This document shows, one piece after another, positions 13,709 to 25,942 of a stretch of DNA of 64,000 bases (within the stretch, counting starts at the first letter, position 1; each line of letters starts with the position of its first letter). The position numbers and the translations under genes were made by a program. The notes below the pieces were generated by a model. The model made no database searches. It saw only the letters and a program-made list of their open reading frames with translations, and was not told the DNA's origin. Source of the DNA: Chrysomallon squamiferum (Eukaryota > Animalia > Mollusca); the NCBI GenBank assembly GCA_012295275.1, contig CM022665.1:5952001-6016000 (forward strand). Direction: 5' to 3'.

Positions 13709-13986
13709 CCTAGTGATAAATATTAATTTTGATACAAAAATAATTTAAAAATATCATTACGTTTTCGTTTGCGAGGAGAGGTTCCGCCATAACTGTCAGT
13801 GGAACATATAGCACAGCATCCGCAGTGGTCTTTGACGACGTCAGCCACGCAGTAATGCAACTGGGGACACCTCGACTTGTCGCAGTGACCACATTTACTG
13901 AGCGCTCCCACTCGTCGTCCGATAGTCGCGTCTAGTACTCCAAGAAATACGAGGATGCTACAGAAAAACTTTGTCAAACCATTCAT
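7043..13986 (-). CDS. Secreted protein, about 230 aa: signal peptide + truncated IGFBP N-terminal (IB) module + follistatin (FOLN+Kazal) domain + polybasic tail; 2 coding exons
   Basis: Exon 1 is 13986-13761 (MNGLTKFFCSILVFLGVLDATIG...CGHCDKSRCPQLHYCVADVVKDHCGCCAIC...PRKRK), donor C|GTAATG. Exon 2 is 7509-7043, acceptor TTTGCAG|AT. The phase-1 junction C+AT=His keeps frame; 226+467=693 nt. DxCGCCxxC is the IGFBP signature; VCGNDGNTYSSRC...AAC...KHKGAC is Kazal. Extra internal exons in the 6.2-kb intron cannot be excluded but none was seen. Confidence 0.85.
13500..13595 (-). mobile_element. Degenerate tRNA-derived SINE fragment
   Basis: The minus strand begins GGTACGGGTTGTAGCTCACTGGTTAGAG (A-box-like), followed by CATTTCCCGTTCCGGCCAGTGCTCCAC, which resembles the core of an abundant gastropod SINE (from memory). 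The B box is lost. Confidence 0.5.
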
Positions 13987-14129
13987 TCTGCATAATCGTT
14001 AAATCCAGACACAGTTGTCAGAAAGTCGTCTGCTCTCCTCACGCACGCATCCTCGAATTACCTCACGTGCAGAAGGCGGTGTCATAGCAGACACATGGTC
14101 GTTCGATACAGACACTGGTTTTCGTGTCT

Positions 14130-14295
14130 CCGACATCCCACTTGTATGACGGAAACTCACTTATATATGCGCGAGTTTTGCCACTGTCTCGAGATTGATG
14201 GGATGTGTGAACTTGTCTGATTGGCTCGTCCAATCTACGCTCATTCGCACGGCGTATTAATATTGCCCTAGGACAAGGGTTCGTCCAATGCGATT
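14130..14295 (-). promoter_or_regulatory. Putative core promoter of the IB-follistatin gene
   Basis: Minus-strand TATATAA at 14161-14167, about 175 bp upstream of the ATG. CCAAT boxes at 14220-14224 (minus), 14230-14234 and 14285-14289 (plus). Locally CpG-rich. Confidence 0.5.
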
Positions 14296-14652
14296 AAAAA
14301 TTGGAGGGGGGTCTTTTCACTCCTGTTTCTTATTTTTGATTCTTTTCATAGACAGATAGCATGGTGATATTAGAAAAGAAGATTAACATAAAAACATATC
14401 AGGGTTTGAGGAAAATGAACATGAGTCAAGAACTCGGAAGTTATTGCCAAAAGAAAGGGGAGGGGTTATGCTATCTATGACTCACAATTAACGTACACAA
14501 ATAACAAAGCGTAACGGACATAAAACTTTAAAGGACGTAAGTTTTTAATCGTTATACAACACGATATTTTAACATGCAGTTGTATACATACACCGCTGAT
14601 CGAGAAATATTTTCTTTATTCAAAGATAATAATAATAATAATAATAATAATA

Positions 14653-14700
<48 letters not shown>

Positions 14701-15310
14701 TGCTTTTGCAAAGGATAGACACAGTATTTGATTTTTGTTACACTGTAATGGAAATATATTGTTTAAAAACCGATAAATCATAGCTTGTTCTCGCTAACTG
14801 TTGCGCTTATCAGTTCTTTTTTCTTTTCTTTTTCTCTATGTTTCTTTCTTATTCTTCTTTTTCTTCTTTTAAATAAAAGATAAAACAGAATTTACTAGAT
14901 GTCGTTAAAAATAAATAAATAATACAAACTAGACCCACTTCTATATATTAATATGTATTTTCACTCAGCGGTAAAATAACTGTATTGTTAGCGCTCTTTT
15001 TCACCATGGTGATGGCGAGTTTTCAATAGTTCTGCCCTATTTCTGACACTATTAAAAATCTCTTCAGCCGAACTTTCGTGAAAACTACATGTAAAACGGA
15101 AGCAACGTTCGCTTTACCACACCCATGCAGATATCGTTAAATAATATGCAAGTTAATAACGGTCATTTTGACTTTTCTTTCAGATATTATTTCCAGACAC
15201 GTAACTTTTTCTGATTTGTATTAAAAAAATTATTTATTTATTTATTTATTCATTCATTCATTTATTTATTTATTTTATTTTTTTTTATTTTATTTAATTA
15301 TTTATTTATT

Positions 15311-15361
<51 letters not shown>

Positions 15362-16367
15362 GTTGTTATTGTTATTGTTATTGTTATTATTATTTATGTT
15401 GTGGAATTATTATTATTTGTTTTATTTATATTTTTATTACTGACACCAAATCTTATTAATTCTTAAATCCGCTTTTCGTATTTAATTTAATATCATTTTT
15501 AGAAATCTTTTATATATATATATTTTTGTTATCAATTGTAAGATTCTTTATACACGACACAACACTTTTTGTTGTTGTTGTTGCGGTTGTTGTTGTTAAA
15601 GAGGAGAGGCTGTGAACCCCCCCCCCAAAAAAAAAACCCAGTCATGATTGAAAAATGTATATAATCATTTAAATGAATAAAATATATTTATGACTGAGTC
15701 GAGTGGAAAAAGTCATGTACCCTAGTGTGCGTATTTGTCAGACGGATTTATGGTTTCAGAAATAAGGGTGGAGTCGCCATCCTTATTATGTATATAACTT
15801 CCAACAAGAAATAAGCTTCATTATAACAAGGGAGAAAAAAATGAGTGGCAAAAGATAGTGGGATCTATTATGTATCTTTTATCGGTATTTAAACTGTTTT
15901 ATAATTTTTGGAATCTACAATTGAACAGCGTGGGGTTTAGTTAATTTAAAAAAAAAAAAATATATCATTACTCTGGAGTGCATACGAGAGTATAATTGTA
16001 GGTTAAGAACAAAATGAGTTGAAATATCTCTCACAACGTTCTTTCTTATTCTGCCGAGTTCAGAGGTCAAAGGTGAGTCAGTCCGTTCCCACAGTTGGGT
16101 TTAAACCTGCTCAGATGTCCGTGTCGCGATATATCGATGCGTTGACTATTGTTGCATTTCTAGAGAACAATGCAAATTGCATGTAGTCTGCACGTAACAA
16201 ACGCAGTCTTGTCAAAATATATGTTAAACAATAGGCAGAAAGATCTAGTTTTGTACTCTGGCAGCTTGTAAATCTTTCAAGAGAGATTCTTTAGATTATA
16301 TTTCAAGATCTTTTACATCACATGCTTGAAGAACACATTAGTCACTGTGATGTTTTTTTTTTTTATT

Positions 16368-16624
16368 ACATATATACATACACACACGCACACAGAAAAA
16401 TACACATATATAAATAAATACATACAAGCATACACATGCATACATATATATATATATACCACACACACATACACACATACACACATGCATATATATATAT
16501 ATATATATATGCATACATATATACATACACACATACACACATAAAATCATCCATACATACATGCATGCATGCATACATACATACATACATACATACATAC
16601 ATACATACATACATACATACATAC
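16368..16624. repeat. Compound (CA)n/(TA)n/(ATAC)n microsatellite
   Basis: Directly visible; explains six overlapping low-complexity ORFs. Confidence 0.93.
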
Positions 16625-17068
16625 AAATTATGAAGATTTCTGCCACCCGTATTTTCATTTTACTTTTTTTCCGTTTTCTTTTTTTCCGTTTTCTTTTCTT
16701 CTTATTGTAACTGTTTTTTTAATTTTTATTATTTTTTTTGTTTTTTTGTCCCCTCCATTTGTTTGTTTTCTCTTTATAATGAAACATGTTTTATCTCAAA
16801 AGTTATCTCGTTACTTTTTCTGAATTTCCATATCCGCCTCTAATTTATTATAACTAATGATAATTACTAAGCAGACTGTATCTCCTGAGACATGATGTAG
16901 AAAGAATGAAGAATTTATTTTTCATAGCAGTTTAGTCACTTAAAAGAAATGTCTTTTAGGATTGAGTACATTTGTGTGTCTGCCAGAATGTACCAGAGCG
17001 AACCAATCTTTTTTTTTTTTTTTTTTTTTTTGAACATTAGGATGTTGCATGCATATTGTTAATATGTG

Positions 17069-17341
17069 CAGTGGCGTGCAGAGGTCTGGTGATGCCCTGG
17101 GCCAACTCTTTGATTGTGTGCCCCAAGCACTCAAGTGTAAGGCCTAGTACTGAGAAATACTATGAGAAAGGAAGACATTTTGAATATGTAAACTCGGACA
17201 AAACATAAAATAAACACTTTATTCGATTTAAAAATAAACCAACCAAATTTATTAAGTTCTTTTCTCTGATTGGATGCGACCCCCCCCCCATTTGGATGCC
17301 CGGAGCCACCGCCCATTCGGCCCCACCTTTGCACGCCACTG
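17069..17341. mobile_element. hAT-superfamily MITE, 273 bp
   Basis: TIRs CAGTGGCGTGCAGAGGT and (reverse complement) CAGTGGCGTGCAAAGGT, 16/17 identical. Perfect 8-bp TSD AATATGTG at 17061-17068 and 17342-17349. GC-rich subterminal GATGCCC motifs; no transposase ORF. Confidence 0.9.
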
Positions 17342-18765
17342 AATATGTGTTATAAATAATAATAGTCACCATCCCTGGGATAATAATAGTCAAAAACAAC
17401 TCCCTGGTTATTCTATGATAAGAAAGTGGGAGTTTTTATATTCTATCCACTTCTAGCAAACAACAATTGCTTCCGGCATATTTTCCTAAGTATTCCCACT
17501 AACCGTTTCCTAAGCGCGTGATATAAGAAAGCAAAAAAAAATCAAAAAGCATTTGCCAGATACAACATTCTTACTTCGGAAATAGCGCCTGTAAAAGCAT
17601 ACTGATACAGCCAAGCATAATAAAATAAACACTTTGGCGTGTAGCGTATGTTTAACATTTGGCTAATGATGCGATACATTCTGCAAAGAAACATAAAAAT
17701 AAGAATAAATGTTATAAAAAAAATATATGCAATTTATAATAATAATAATAATACGTAAAAAACACTAACAGAATATATTCATAATCAAGGCAGCACATAC
17801 CATGTTTTTTTGTATATATATATATTATGTATATATATAAACCTGTTGTTCAAAACTGCGACATAGCCCATAGAGATGTGTTTAGAACATACAATTTCAA
17901 GCACCTGTTTAGAATGAAAAAAAAAAATTAAATTAAAATTATCAATGAAAAGTTGATACTTCTGAAAAGTCATAACATATATCTATGTCACAGAGTGTCG
18001 TGTTTCGAGCTACTGTTTATTATTGTACACCGCTGCTGACAAACCATATAATTATACAGACAACCTCCCCGCTGCTTTAACGAGAGTCATCGTGTGTTGC
18101 TTTACTGAACTTGAATTTCTTTCAAAACCTTTTCTTCGAATAACTTTATAGAGGATTTAAAGGCAAGTTCACCGACACTGGTACAGAAAAGAGAACAATG
18201 CAAGATGGTCCAGGTTGCTGAAAACGGTGACGGGCAAAGAAAAGCCATGAGGCAGCCTCTTAGCAGTCAAAAGTGTTGGAAACATTTTAAAAGGGCATAC
18301 AATATAGCGGGGAGACGATATATTTGTCCAGAGATTTGGTTGTTTGGGGAGACAGTTAGCCGTCCACTTTGCCGATATTTGCTCAGTATAGTCATTTACG
18401 ACCTAGGCAGAACTGCCAGACTGATGTTGAATGTGTAACAGGGTTTTCCAGCCAGTTCTCCGCGGCAGCACAGATGCGGAATAGCGTTAAAAAGTTATAT
18501 AATAAATACGAGTTGAAATAATACTTTGGTGCGTAAAGTCATTTCGTTTAATTATGGAAAAGTTAAAGCATGGACCTTAATTCCTTATATTCCTTAATCT
18601 ATCGAAATGTTCAGTTTTTTTTAGTTTTTTTATTATTATTTTATTGGGGAAGTATGTATGAAAAGACGTCACAAAAAAAAAAAAAAAAGATCTTCATGAC
18701 ATATTCAGGTGTTATTAATAAATTTGTCGTCAGAAGTTAAACTTATTATATAATAAACTTATTAA

Positions 18766-18931
18766 GATGTAGTTCGGTGTCAGACATAAAACATCATGGA
18801 TCCCACAAACTGACACGATAAGTTCTCGGTGGACCTGTTTTTCCTTCCAACCAATGAGCTATCACAGGCCTTCATGTCTGCATATATAAAATATTTTTTA
18901 AAACTAACTGACTAAGGCGGGTTTCCTCTCT
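18766..18931 (+). mobile_element. Degenerate SINE copy (probably the same family)
   Basis: Ordered remnants GATGTAGTTCGGTG ... CTCGGTGGACC ... TTCCTTCCAACCAATG ... GCATATATAAAA ... GCGGGTTTCCTCTCT. Confidence 0.45.
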
Positions 18932-19424
18932 GATGTTATTATCACACAAACCTCGAAAAAAAAAAAAAAAAAAAAAATTGCTGATAACTGTTAGCATTAC
19001 AATGTGTTCATATATGGTTAAACAAGTCTCCATTCATTCACTTAACGTACACTTTAAATTTCCTAACACCCAGACGGACGGTCGGTATATTCTGACATAT
19101 AGGAAATGCTTTAGCAGGGCTAACGAATGATCAGTTTCCTGACAAACAATAGTTTATCTAACCCATAACTTTATAGTAACAGTTATAAACTACAAAAGCA
19201 AATATTTGTATACATTGTTACCATTCCCATCCTTTTTGCAATAATTCATTCCTTGTGTGACTTGACATCTTGATAGCGTGGGTGTAGCATTCGAAATGTC
19301 TGTTACAAAAATAATGACGTAAATGATGATTCTTTATTCGACCCATAGCCACAACCCATAGAATATGTAATTTATGGAATATCTGTTGTTGCATTTGATG
19401 TTGTTGTTGTTGTTATTGTTGTTG

Positions 19425-19477
<53 letters not shown>

Positions 19478-19950
19478 TGGATAAAACTTTATGTAATCAA
19501 GATATTTTTTATGGATATATCCCATAGATAAAAATCATTAGTTTGAACGGGATATATTTGAATTGAACTTACTTAGACTGATTAAACAAACAAACGGTAA
19601 CAGAATCTACTATTTTGTGCTGAGGTGTGGTTAAATATTCATTCAGAAAGCAAGTGGAGACCAATAATAGCTCGCTGGCTGCAGTGAGCACATGTAATGG
19701 AATTCACAGAGAATTATTAATGTTACCAGCCATCAAGCGTATTGCTCATAGCGATCCTTTCGGCTACAGGCGTATTTCGAAGTTAAAAATGTTTTGCAAA
19801 AAAGAGGCAGTCCTGAGTGACTTTAGAGATAAATAAAAATGTTATCAAACTGTAATTTATTATAGTGTGTTATTATAACTGAAAACTGAAGTAACAGTTG
19901 AAAATAATCAATGAATGTAATTTTAAAATTTCTCAGTATTTTTTCATAAA

Positions 19951-20023
19951 AATATATATATATATAGTGTGTGTATGTGTGTGTGCGTGTGTGTGTGTAT
20001 ATTTGTGTCCGTAAGTGTGTGTG

Positions 20024-20092
<69 letters not shown>
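19951..20092. repeat. Compound (TA)n(TG)n(GA)n microsatellite
   Basis: Directly visible. Confidence 0.93.
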
Positions 20093-20098
<6 letters not shown>

Positions 20099-20594
20099 CT
20101 GAATTCAAATGAAAAAGAAAATATAAAAATATAATAAGACTGTTTCACAATAAAATAGTTATTACTGACTGCACAGTAAGAAATTCTTACACCGCTTCGA
20201 ACTATGTTTTGTTTTAGAGAATTTGACATTTTACGATTTGAATTGTCTTCAGTAAATACCACGTATTTCTAAAATGGCGAATTTGTAATGAAAGTTAATA
20301 TCATCGTTATATCAGATGATTAACTATAAAAAGGCTGTCATCAAAATCCCAGAGACGAACGTTATCTTAACTTACCGCTGTGGAAAATAAATGTCTAAAA
20401 TATATTGAAATAGATATAAAATGAACCATTTATGTGTCTAATTACGTGATATTACGGGAAATCACAGTGATACGTTCAATTATCTTGACAAATCTGGAAG
20501 ACAGCTAAGAAATAACTGACAGTTCACCTACTCATTATCGCAAACTTAGTTTTACCAGGTGCTCGATGATATAGTGTTTAAAATAAGTATACTG

Positions 20595-20633
<39 letters not shown>

Positions 20634-21285
20634 TAAAAATAAAATAAAATAAAATAAAATAAAATAAAAACAGAAGGAAAAAGGAAAACACACTGAAATT
20701 ATAAATTTAACTTTTAAATTAAATACCTCATCGTCATTGACTTTAAAGTTAGAAAATGGGTGAGAATTCCTTATCGAAAACCTTTTTCCAGCTGCCGAGA
20801 CTTATAATGAACACACTATACACTTATGGACTTCTTTTATGTACATACAGCTCGAAAAAAGAAATAATCGAGTTCTGTTTCACCATTTGTGTGATAAAAA
20901 TATAAAAAAATAAAAAGAGTGTCTACACTTTAGTGAACATTTGTTTGTTTTTTCAGTGTACTCATAACTATAAATGCTACTGTCGTTCGTAAAAATGAAA
21001 TGTCATTAACGACATGTAACGATATAAATAAATAAAAACAAGATAAGAGGTTTATTATATGTTTATGTCATTTGATTCTTTCTTTCTCTCTCATGGCCGA
21101 ATAAAAATTCACATTACGGCAACGTACTAAAATATCGTTTTAAAATAACCAGGGATTTAATTTGTTAAACTTGTTTTTAGTTTTTATGATTGTTAACGTA
21201 AATGTCTTTGCGTGCCTTTGTTGTACATTCGAATGAGATTTTGTATTACTAGAATATTTACTAGCATAAATAAATAAATAAATAA

Positions 21286-21329
<44 letters not shown>

Positions 21330-22149
21330 AGATAAAGAAATGAAAAGTATTAGAAAATGACTCGGTGCATTATGCATTAAAATAACTGGTGTATCTGGAC
21401 CTTTATTCTTCTTTTTCACTTTAATTTATTTCTGTTTTCATCTTCTTCTTCTTCGTCTTATTTAAATATTGAAATCCCAAAATACCTTTCAATTTCTTGA
21501 TATTAATGACAAAAGAAAATTAAGTATTTCCATTAATAGTACAAGACAGTTTCGAAAGCAAATGCAATTAGAATCCAAGTGCGACTGTCGTGTACTCTTC
21601 GTCAAAATCTAATTATCCAATAAATGAAATCGCAGGCACGTGTGAAAATAATGAGCAGTTTTATTAAATCTGTGTGTTAAAAACTGTTCCTTTAAACTAA
21701 TTATTAACAGTTTAAATCACACACAGAAGTGAAGTGAAATTGCCAAGTAATTTAATCAAATTTTGACTCAGTTGTGTTACATGTGTTTTCAGATATTTTC
21801 GTTTGATGTGTTAAAACCTATTTCGACAAACAGGTTTCCTTCCCAGGTGTTCTCAGCCTTTTCAAAAGTTTGTGAATGCTGCAAAAGAAAGGGCTTGACC
21901 CGTTGTTCACAACAGACATGCCAAACAGAGCACTAGAAACAACACTGCAAACAGAACTGTCACATCTCAGTGCTATTGTAGACTATGAGTGTATCGTTCC
22001 TGCAGATTGGGCCAGCAGACAGACATAAAGTAGAATAATATACCATCAGTGTGAAAGATAAACATTGTTAGTACAGAATGTTAGTTTTGAAGATGAAATG
22101 TATAAAAATTAAAATGTCATTTATTACTCTGCATTAATCAAGATGTCTT

Positions 22150-22258
<109 letters not shown>

Positions 22259-23851
22259 AATATGCATAGTAAAATAAATACAATGTAACTGAAAGTATAT
22301 GGATGTTAAAATATTCACATCATCAAGAAGATTCTCTTCATCCAGTAGTTAATCTTAACAGTCTTCGAGAAATTTTTGAATTTTTAAATGTACTCTATTA
22401 AATTTCCTGGAGTTATCAGTTATGTTTATTTAACAGAAAAAAGAAACAGAACACTGAAAATAAATAAATAAATAAACAGAATTTGCTTAGTGACAGTACA
22501 AAGGTATTTTTATTCTTGATTTTCATTATGCAACATTCATCAGCCTCAGCCTAACTCGATAATAATATTTGTTCATGAACGTCCATGATCGATATTTATA
22601 ACAAAAGATCACTAAATATTCTACCATAAGCAAATGTTGATAATGTAGTTATATATTGAATTTGTGTACACTACTTTTTCCATTCTCATTAGTTGTTTTT
22701 TCACCCAATAACAAAAAATATTCTGTTCGAGTTTCTTTCATAATCGTTATTGCCATTAGTGCTGTCTGCAAGTAATTACAGTATAAACGTTAATATATAT
22801 AATTAATTAACACATACCATGGTAGTAAATAACTAAAGTATATATATATATAACACAACATTTATGTCAATATTTAACGTTGGTAGAAGCAAAAAAAAAA
22901 AAAAAATTATTTAAAATAAAAATCTTTAAAACAACATCTACCAGAACAACGTGTATAATGGTATCCACAGGTAAGTATAAATATACCACAGTATTTTATA
23001 TTGCCTTTTGCCACTTTTGTCATTCAGAAAATGAGTTGGTTTACACTAACATTATTGGATGTATCAATATAGGGTTTCAAAACACAGTTTTGTCATGTTT
23101 ATTATTTATAGTGGCAGGATACTTTCCTGACCTGATTTTGTTTTCATACTGTGTTTTTGCGGTTAGGTGTTCGGATTTTTAAGTAAACACGTTTTAATAG
23201 GGTGAAGGGGGAGAATGTATTGAAATTGGTAAACACTCCCTTGGGCTTAAATAAACAACCATCCCAGACTAAGATCCACAGAACCTAAGAATAATAATAT
23301 TATTTGCACATCTACATAAATATTTTTTATTTATTTTTGGAGTACAACGTTGATGTCTATGAATATAATTAGATACACTTCGTTATAAACACACTGCACT
23401 GTTCTCATGCCGTTAAATTTTAAAATTTTTGAAACTTCATTTTAATTCCACGTGCGAATTCACGATTTCAGAAATGGAAAACGCTATCTAGCTTAGTGTA
23501 TAACTTTGAAAATTAAGGGAGTTTTGTTATAAAATAAAGAAAACGAAAATGAATAAATGTTCGGTTGGAAAAAAATATCGGTGACGATACCGAGTGTGTT
23601 CTTTCCTGAGATTCATTTACTAACTGTATTATGTTATCATACTTAATTTTTATTTTTTTTATTTATCATCTCATGATTTAGTTTTATGAAAAATAAACCG
23701 AACAATACGGAGAAAATATAATAATAATAATAATAATAATAAGGATAATCAAAAGATAAAAAAAAAATAATAATAATAATAAAAATATAAAACACTAATC
23801 TAAATCAAGATAATTCCGATATACGTCTTCATTATAAGCATTGAGGTTCCA

Positions 23852-23937
<86 letters not shown>

Positions 23938-25455
23938 AAAAAAGGCTTTGACGTAACAATGTTCTCAAAAAAGCAGTTTCACTTTTGCTACAGCGCATAT
24001 TGGCAAACGGGCGTTATCTAAGTAATTTACGTACTGCTTGGCTGATTGTGTACAGCAATTACACACATCATGAAACCCAACCCGCCGCTTGTCTGTTAAG
24101 GTGCGAGCAAAGAATGTTGCGTTATTTATTAAATCTTCTAATTGTTCCTCGGTCAGTGGAGGGGTTGGACGACCGAGCATCAGAAACAATTAACCATGAG
24201 ATAAAATTGCTGTCTTTATTTACTTTATTTCACGCATTTTCGTATTTTTGCAATAATTTAAACGTTGCTTTTTCACCAGATGGGTTAGAAAAAGAGAGGT
24301 TTGTGAAAGAAACCAGACAAGACACAGGCGATGTAATTATAGTTTAGGCGTTGTCACCCGACTTGCAAACGACAGTGCAAAATTAAAAAGGATGAATGCA
24401 CAAAACTAATCAGAATAATATATGATCCAACTTAAAGTATACACTTCACACCCTGTTTACACAAGGAAAGCAGTTGGTGTGTTTTAATAAAATGGTTCAT
24501 ATAATGTGTGCCTTAATAAAAACGAAATAATAACAATAAGAAGAAGAAGAAGAAGAAGAAGAAGAAAAAAGAAGAGGCAAAATAAAACACTTATCAAGAA
24601 CATTACGATTCATTTTTATAAAATTTACAGTTACATGACTCGGCCATCCACAATTTAAATAATATAGCATTTAAAATCTGAACACTAAAATTTGACAGTG
24701 TTATTAGTGAAGATTTATTTCCTAATTTTTAAAAACCCTTCGGCTTGGCAAATATATATATAATTTTTTAATTATGTTCAAAATTGCAATTAAAATAATT
24801 ACATACTCATAATATTTTAAAATTTGGGTATCACAAATCTGTTAATTCAATTTTTGTTTTATGTTTTGTTTTACAATCTGTTTTCAGCTGGAAAACAATC
24901 TGTTTTATAATTCTGTGTAAGTTAAACCGATCAGGCACAATCAGAAAAAAAGAATAAATGTCTGTATTACATTTTACAAAACATTCCTTCAAAAACGTGT
25001 CACATACCAGTTCAGCAACTCTCTACCACGGCTGAAAAAAGAGTATATTAAATAACAACAAATCATCATGTTTTTTTCAAAATTATTTTTATAAAAAGTA
25101 TTTATTTGTAAGAAATGATTGTAATACTTTACAATGAACATATTCTTTATTTAAAAATGGTTTGAATATTTCAATATACATAAATGGAATCAAGGGAACT
25201 GCCTGGTTTTTGACTCTACTGTTGTGTTTTTTTTCCAGTTGAACATTTCATCTTTGAAGTAGGGTTAAAAAATAATCCTTAGTTCCACTGTTACAGTCTA
25301 CACCAAACAGGTATAATGGTCCTAGAACTTCAATGTTTATTGACTTATGCTTCACATATTACTTTTTCCACACCATCAAAACATATTATTAGTTCATAAT
25401 ATTTTACTGTGAAAATCTAGTAAATTCCTTTGCTTTTATTAGATTGTTTCTAACA

Positions 25456-25722
25456 TATGTGTTCATTCACTTATTCAGTAAAATGTTTAGAAAATAATGC
25501 TTATGATAAATGGATATTTTTTATGCACCAATTTTTTCACAAAAAACTCATTTATTAAACATTACATTACTAAAAACCATACAATATGCAGGCCTATGTG
25601 TTCATTCACTTATTCAGTAAAATGTTTAGAAAATAAGGTTTATGATAAATGGGATACTTTTTATACTCTGTTTCACAAACTCATTTATTAGACATTACTA
25701 AAGACCACACAATATGCAGGCC
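25456..25722. repeat. Tandem duplication of a 130-140 bp unit in the probable CRNKL1 3' UTR
   Basis: Units 25456-25594 and 25595-25722 both start TATGTGTTCATTCACTTATTCAGTAAAATGTTTAGAAAATAA and end CAATATGCAGGCC. Confidence 0.9.
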
Positions 25723-25942
25723 TGTGTATATAAATGATGATGATTATGACAGTGATGAAAATAAAGTTTGAATAAATGCATTCCTAACATGAAGAACTGA
25801 ACAAAAGTAAAAATAAATGGAAATGATTCTTGTATTTCCACTGACTGCATCATGTTGTCTGATCCAGAAATCTGAGTTACTCGTCTGGCAGACAATGGTT
25901 TGTTAATGTTATGTTTTCCCCCTGCCAGGAATTATCCTCATG

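Noticed and set aside
16313-16823. Cluster of overlapping 65-106 aa ORFs
   Set aside because: Translations of CA/TA/ATAC microsatellites and T-rich sequence.
23965-24347. Overlapping ORFs, one containing KRR...CNCC reminiscent of a prohormone or insulin A chain
   Set aside because: No signal peptide, an in-frame stop immediately upstream, Cys spacing does not fit insulin-like peptides, and no convincing splice sites.
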